Source: Candidatus Hadarchaeota archaeon (GTDB lineage Archaea; CAYQAE01; CAYVLA01). From it: a stretch of DNA of 15,981 nt. The stretch is taken from NCBI GenBank assembly GCA_964452145.1, contig CAYVLA010000074.1:1-15981 (forward strand), written 5' to 3'. Below, piece after piece: positions 14,991-15,981 of this stretch. Made by a program: the position numbers and the translations under genes. Each line of letters begins with the position of its first letter. Position 1 is the stretch's first letter. The notes beneath the pieces are model-generated. The model had not been told where the DNA came from. It saw nothing but the letters and a program-made list of their open reading frames with translations, and did not search any database.

Positions 14991-15137
14991 GACGGAAGCA
15001 GGCGCCAACGACCAAGATCCAGGAGACACAATCGGTGAAGGAGACCGAGACCAAGGAGAAGGAGAGCAAAGAACAAGCATCTTGGACGAGCAGCAAGTAA
15101 TACGTCAATCACCCCATGCAACCCATGTAGTCACCTC

Positions 15138-15177
15138 GTGGTGGAGGTAGGTCTCGCCTCCACTCACCCCTTTTTTT
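15138..15177 (+). terminator. Hairpin plus T7 tract, candidate terminator
   Basis: GTGGAGG(15141-15147)/CCTCCAC(15157-15163) stem, extendable by GTG/CAC, followed by TTTTTTT at 15171-15177. It lies between convergent coding regions. Confidence 0.5.
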
Positions 15178-15295
15178 CTGGCTGGGAGCGGTGCAGGTAG
15201 CCAGCTCTACTTATGGGAGATGAGGACGTGATGGGAGCGCGTGTCTTTGTGGTTGTGGTGTTAGAGGTCCAATCGATGGGCCGGGGTGTCTGGAT

Positions 15296-15598
15296 CTAGA
15301 TCTGGATCTTCCTCTCCCCACTTGTGGCCGATGGGGAGACCTTCTCGATCAGTGTGATTAGTTCTTGTGTCTTGGGGTTGTTCACCAGGGATTTGAGGGC
15401 GGCAAGTTGCTGGGGTGATCGGAGGTATATGCCTTTCCAGGTTCCAGCTGGCTTGAGAACGAGAGTCATCGTCTTCTCGCGCTTGCCCTTTTTCGGAAGC
15501 ACAGCGACGCTCAATCCCTCCACGTTTGTCTCAACCTCTGTGTAGTCTTGGTTGGACTCGAAGAGTTTTCGAAGGTTCTCCTTGACATCTTCACCCAA
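15296..15598 (-). CDS. Small conserved-looking archaeal hypothetical protein (100 aa), possibly PC4/PUR-like nucleic-acid-binding fold
   Basis: TTG start with RBS GGTGGTGA. The pattern helix - T.veGl.v..lP....r...l.l.l.P.....KGi.lrs..qL......l.n.k..el...ie.v.P resembles small archaeal proteins I recall. The fold is inferred. Confidence 0.7.
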   Translation of the reverse strand: MGEDVKENLRKLFESNQDYTEVETNVEGLSVAVLPKKGKREKTMTLVLKPAGTWKGIYLRSPQQLAALKSLVNNPKTQELITLIEKVSPSATSGERKIQI

Positions 15599-15706
15599 TC
15601 AGAGTCACCACCCACAGCCATCCCTTACGGGCAGAAAAAGGAATACCTGCAGACCCCACCCGAAGCACATTCCTCGGTGGGCGGTAGGCCGTCGGTTTGT
15701 GATGCA

Positions 15707-15981
15707 CTACTGCAAACCAAGAATACTCAGGAGGAAGGGCGCGAAGAGGACGAGTATTACTGTCCACACCAAACCAAAGACCAGCATCTTTCTTGCACGA
15801 CGGGGATCAATATCCTTGTTCACGAACCAAGCGACCAGACCACCCACCCAGAGAAGGAAGACTGGCACCAAGTACCATAGGGAAGACACAACCATACGTT
15901 CTTGTCTAGCATGGCAGTAGGGGCAGACGTTTGCCAGGACATCTATCTTCCTACCGCAATCCGGGCAAGGCCTCTCCCTGG
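15707..15981 (-). CDS. Zn-ribbon plus membrane domain protein, 5'-partial (runs off the window)
   Basis: The frame of ORF 15707..15895 stays open to 15979: RERPCPDCGRKIDVLANVCPYCHARQERMVVSSLWYLVPVFLLWVGGLVAWFVNKDIDPRRARKMLVFGLVWTVIL. Confidence 0.75.
   Translation of the reverse strand, partial: RERPCPDCGRKIDVLANVCPYCHARQERMVVSSLWYLVPVFLLWVGGLVAWFVNKDIDPRRARKMLVFGLVWTVILVLFAPFLLSILGLQ

Noticed and set aside
12956..15080. Long alternative-frame and antisense ORFs (12956..13408, 12975..13508, 13405..13815, 13820..14194, 14130..15080, most of 14549..15100)
   Set aside because: Shadow ORFs expected in GC-rich coding DNA; they are Arg/Pro/Gly-rich and overlap better-supported genes.
1..15981. 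tRNA, rRNA, CRISPR array or intact IS/transposase
   Set aside because: No cloverleaf with a T-loop consensus, rRNA-like segment, repeat-spacer periodicity or DDE/HUH transposase motif was found by eye.

Overview
Archaeal-looking accessory region (TATA-box-like promoters, GGAGG/GGTGA ribosome-binding sites, archaeal-type hypothetical proteins). It reads as a partly decayed defence/mobile-element island. Apparently intact genes include a Zn-ribbon N6-adenine DNA methyltransferase with an unknown upstream partner, a winged-HTH regulator, a two-TM membrane protein, a Schlafen/AlbA_2-domain protein, a pentapeptide-like/ion-channel protein, an AbiV-family protein and an RxxxxH HEPN-like protein inside a tightly coupled + strand gene string. 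Broken pieces lie between them: a frameshifted QueG-like Fe-S gene, a DUF1670 fragment, an internally deleted membrane-anchored gene, a possible integrase stub, and a GC-rich ~1.95 kb block of two divergent glycoside-hydrolase genes, both cut at their 3' ends. The most striking structure is a 109-bp segment (12927-13035) that, when flipped, continues the ApeA/HEPN-like gene 12327 exactly in frame. This is either a real micro-rearrangement or an amplification/assembly chimera. No rRNA, tRNA or CRISPR array was seen. All family assignments come from motif recognition by eye, not from database searches.
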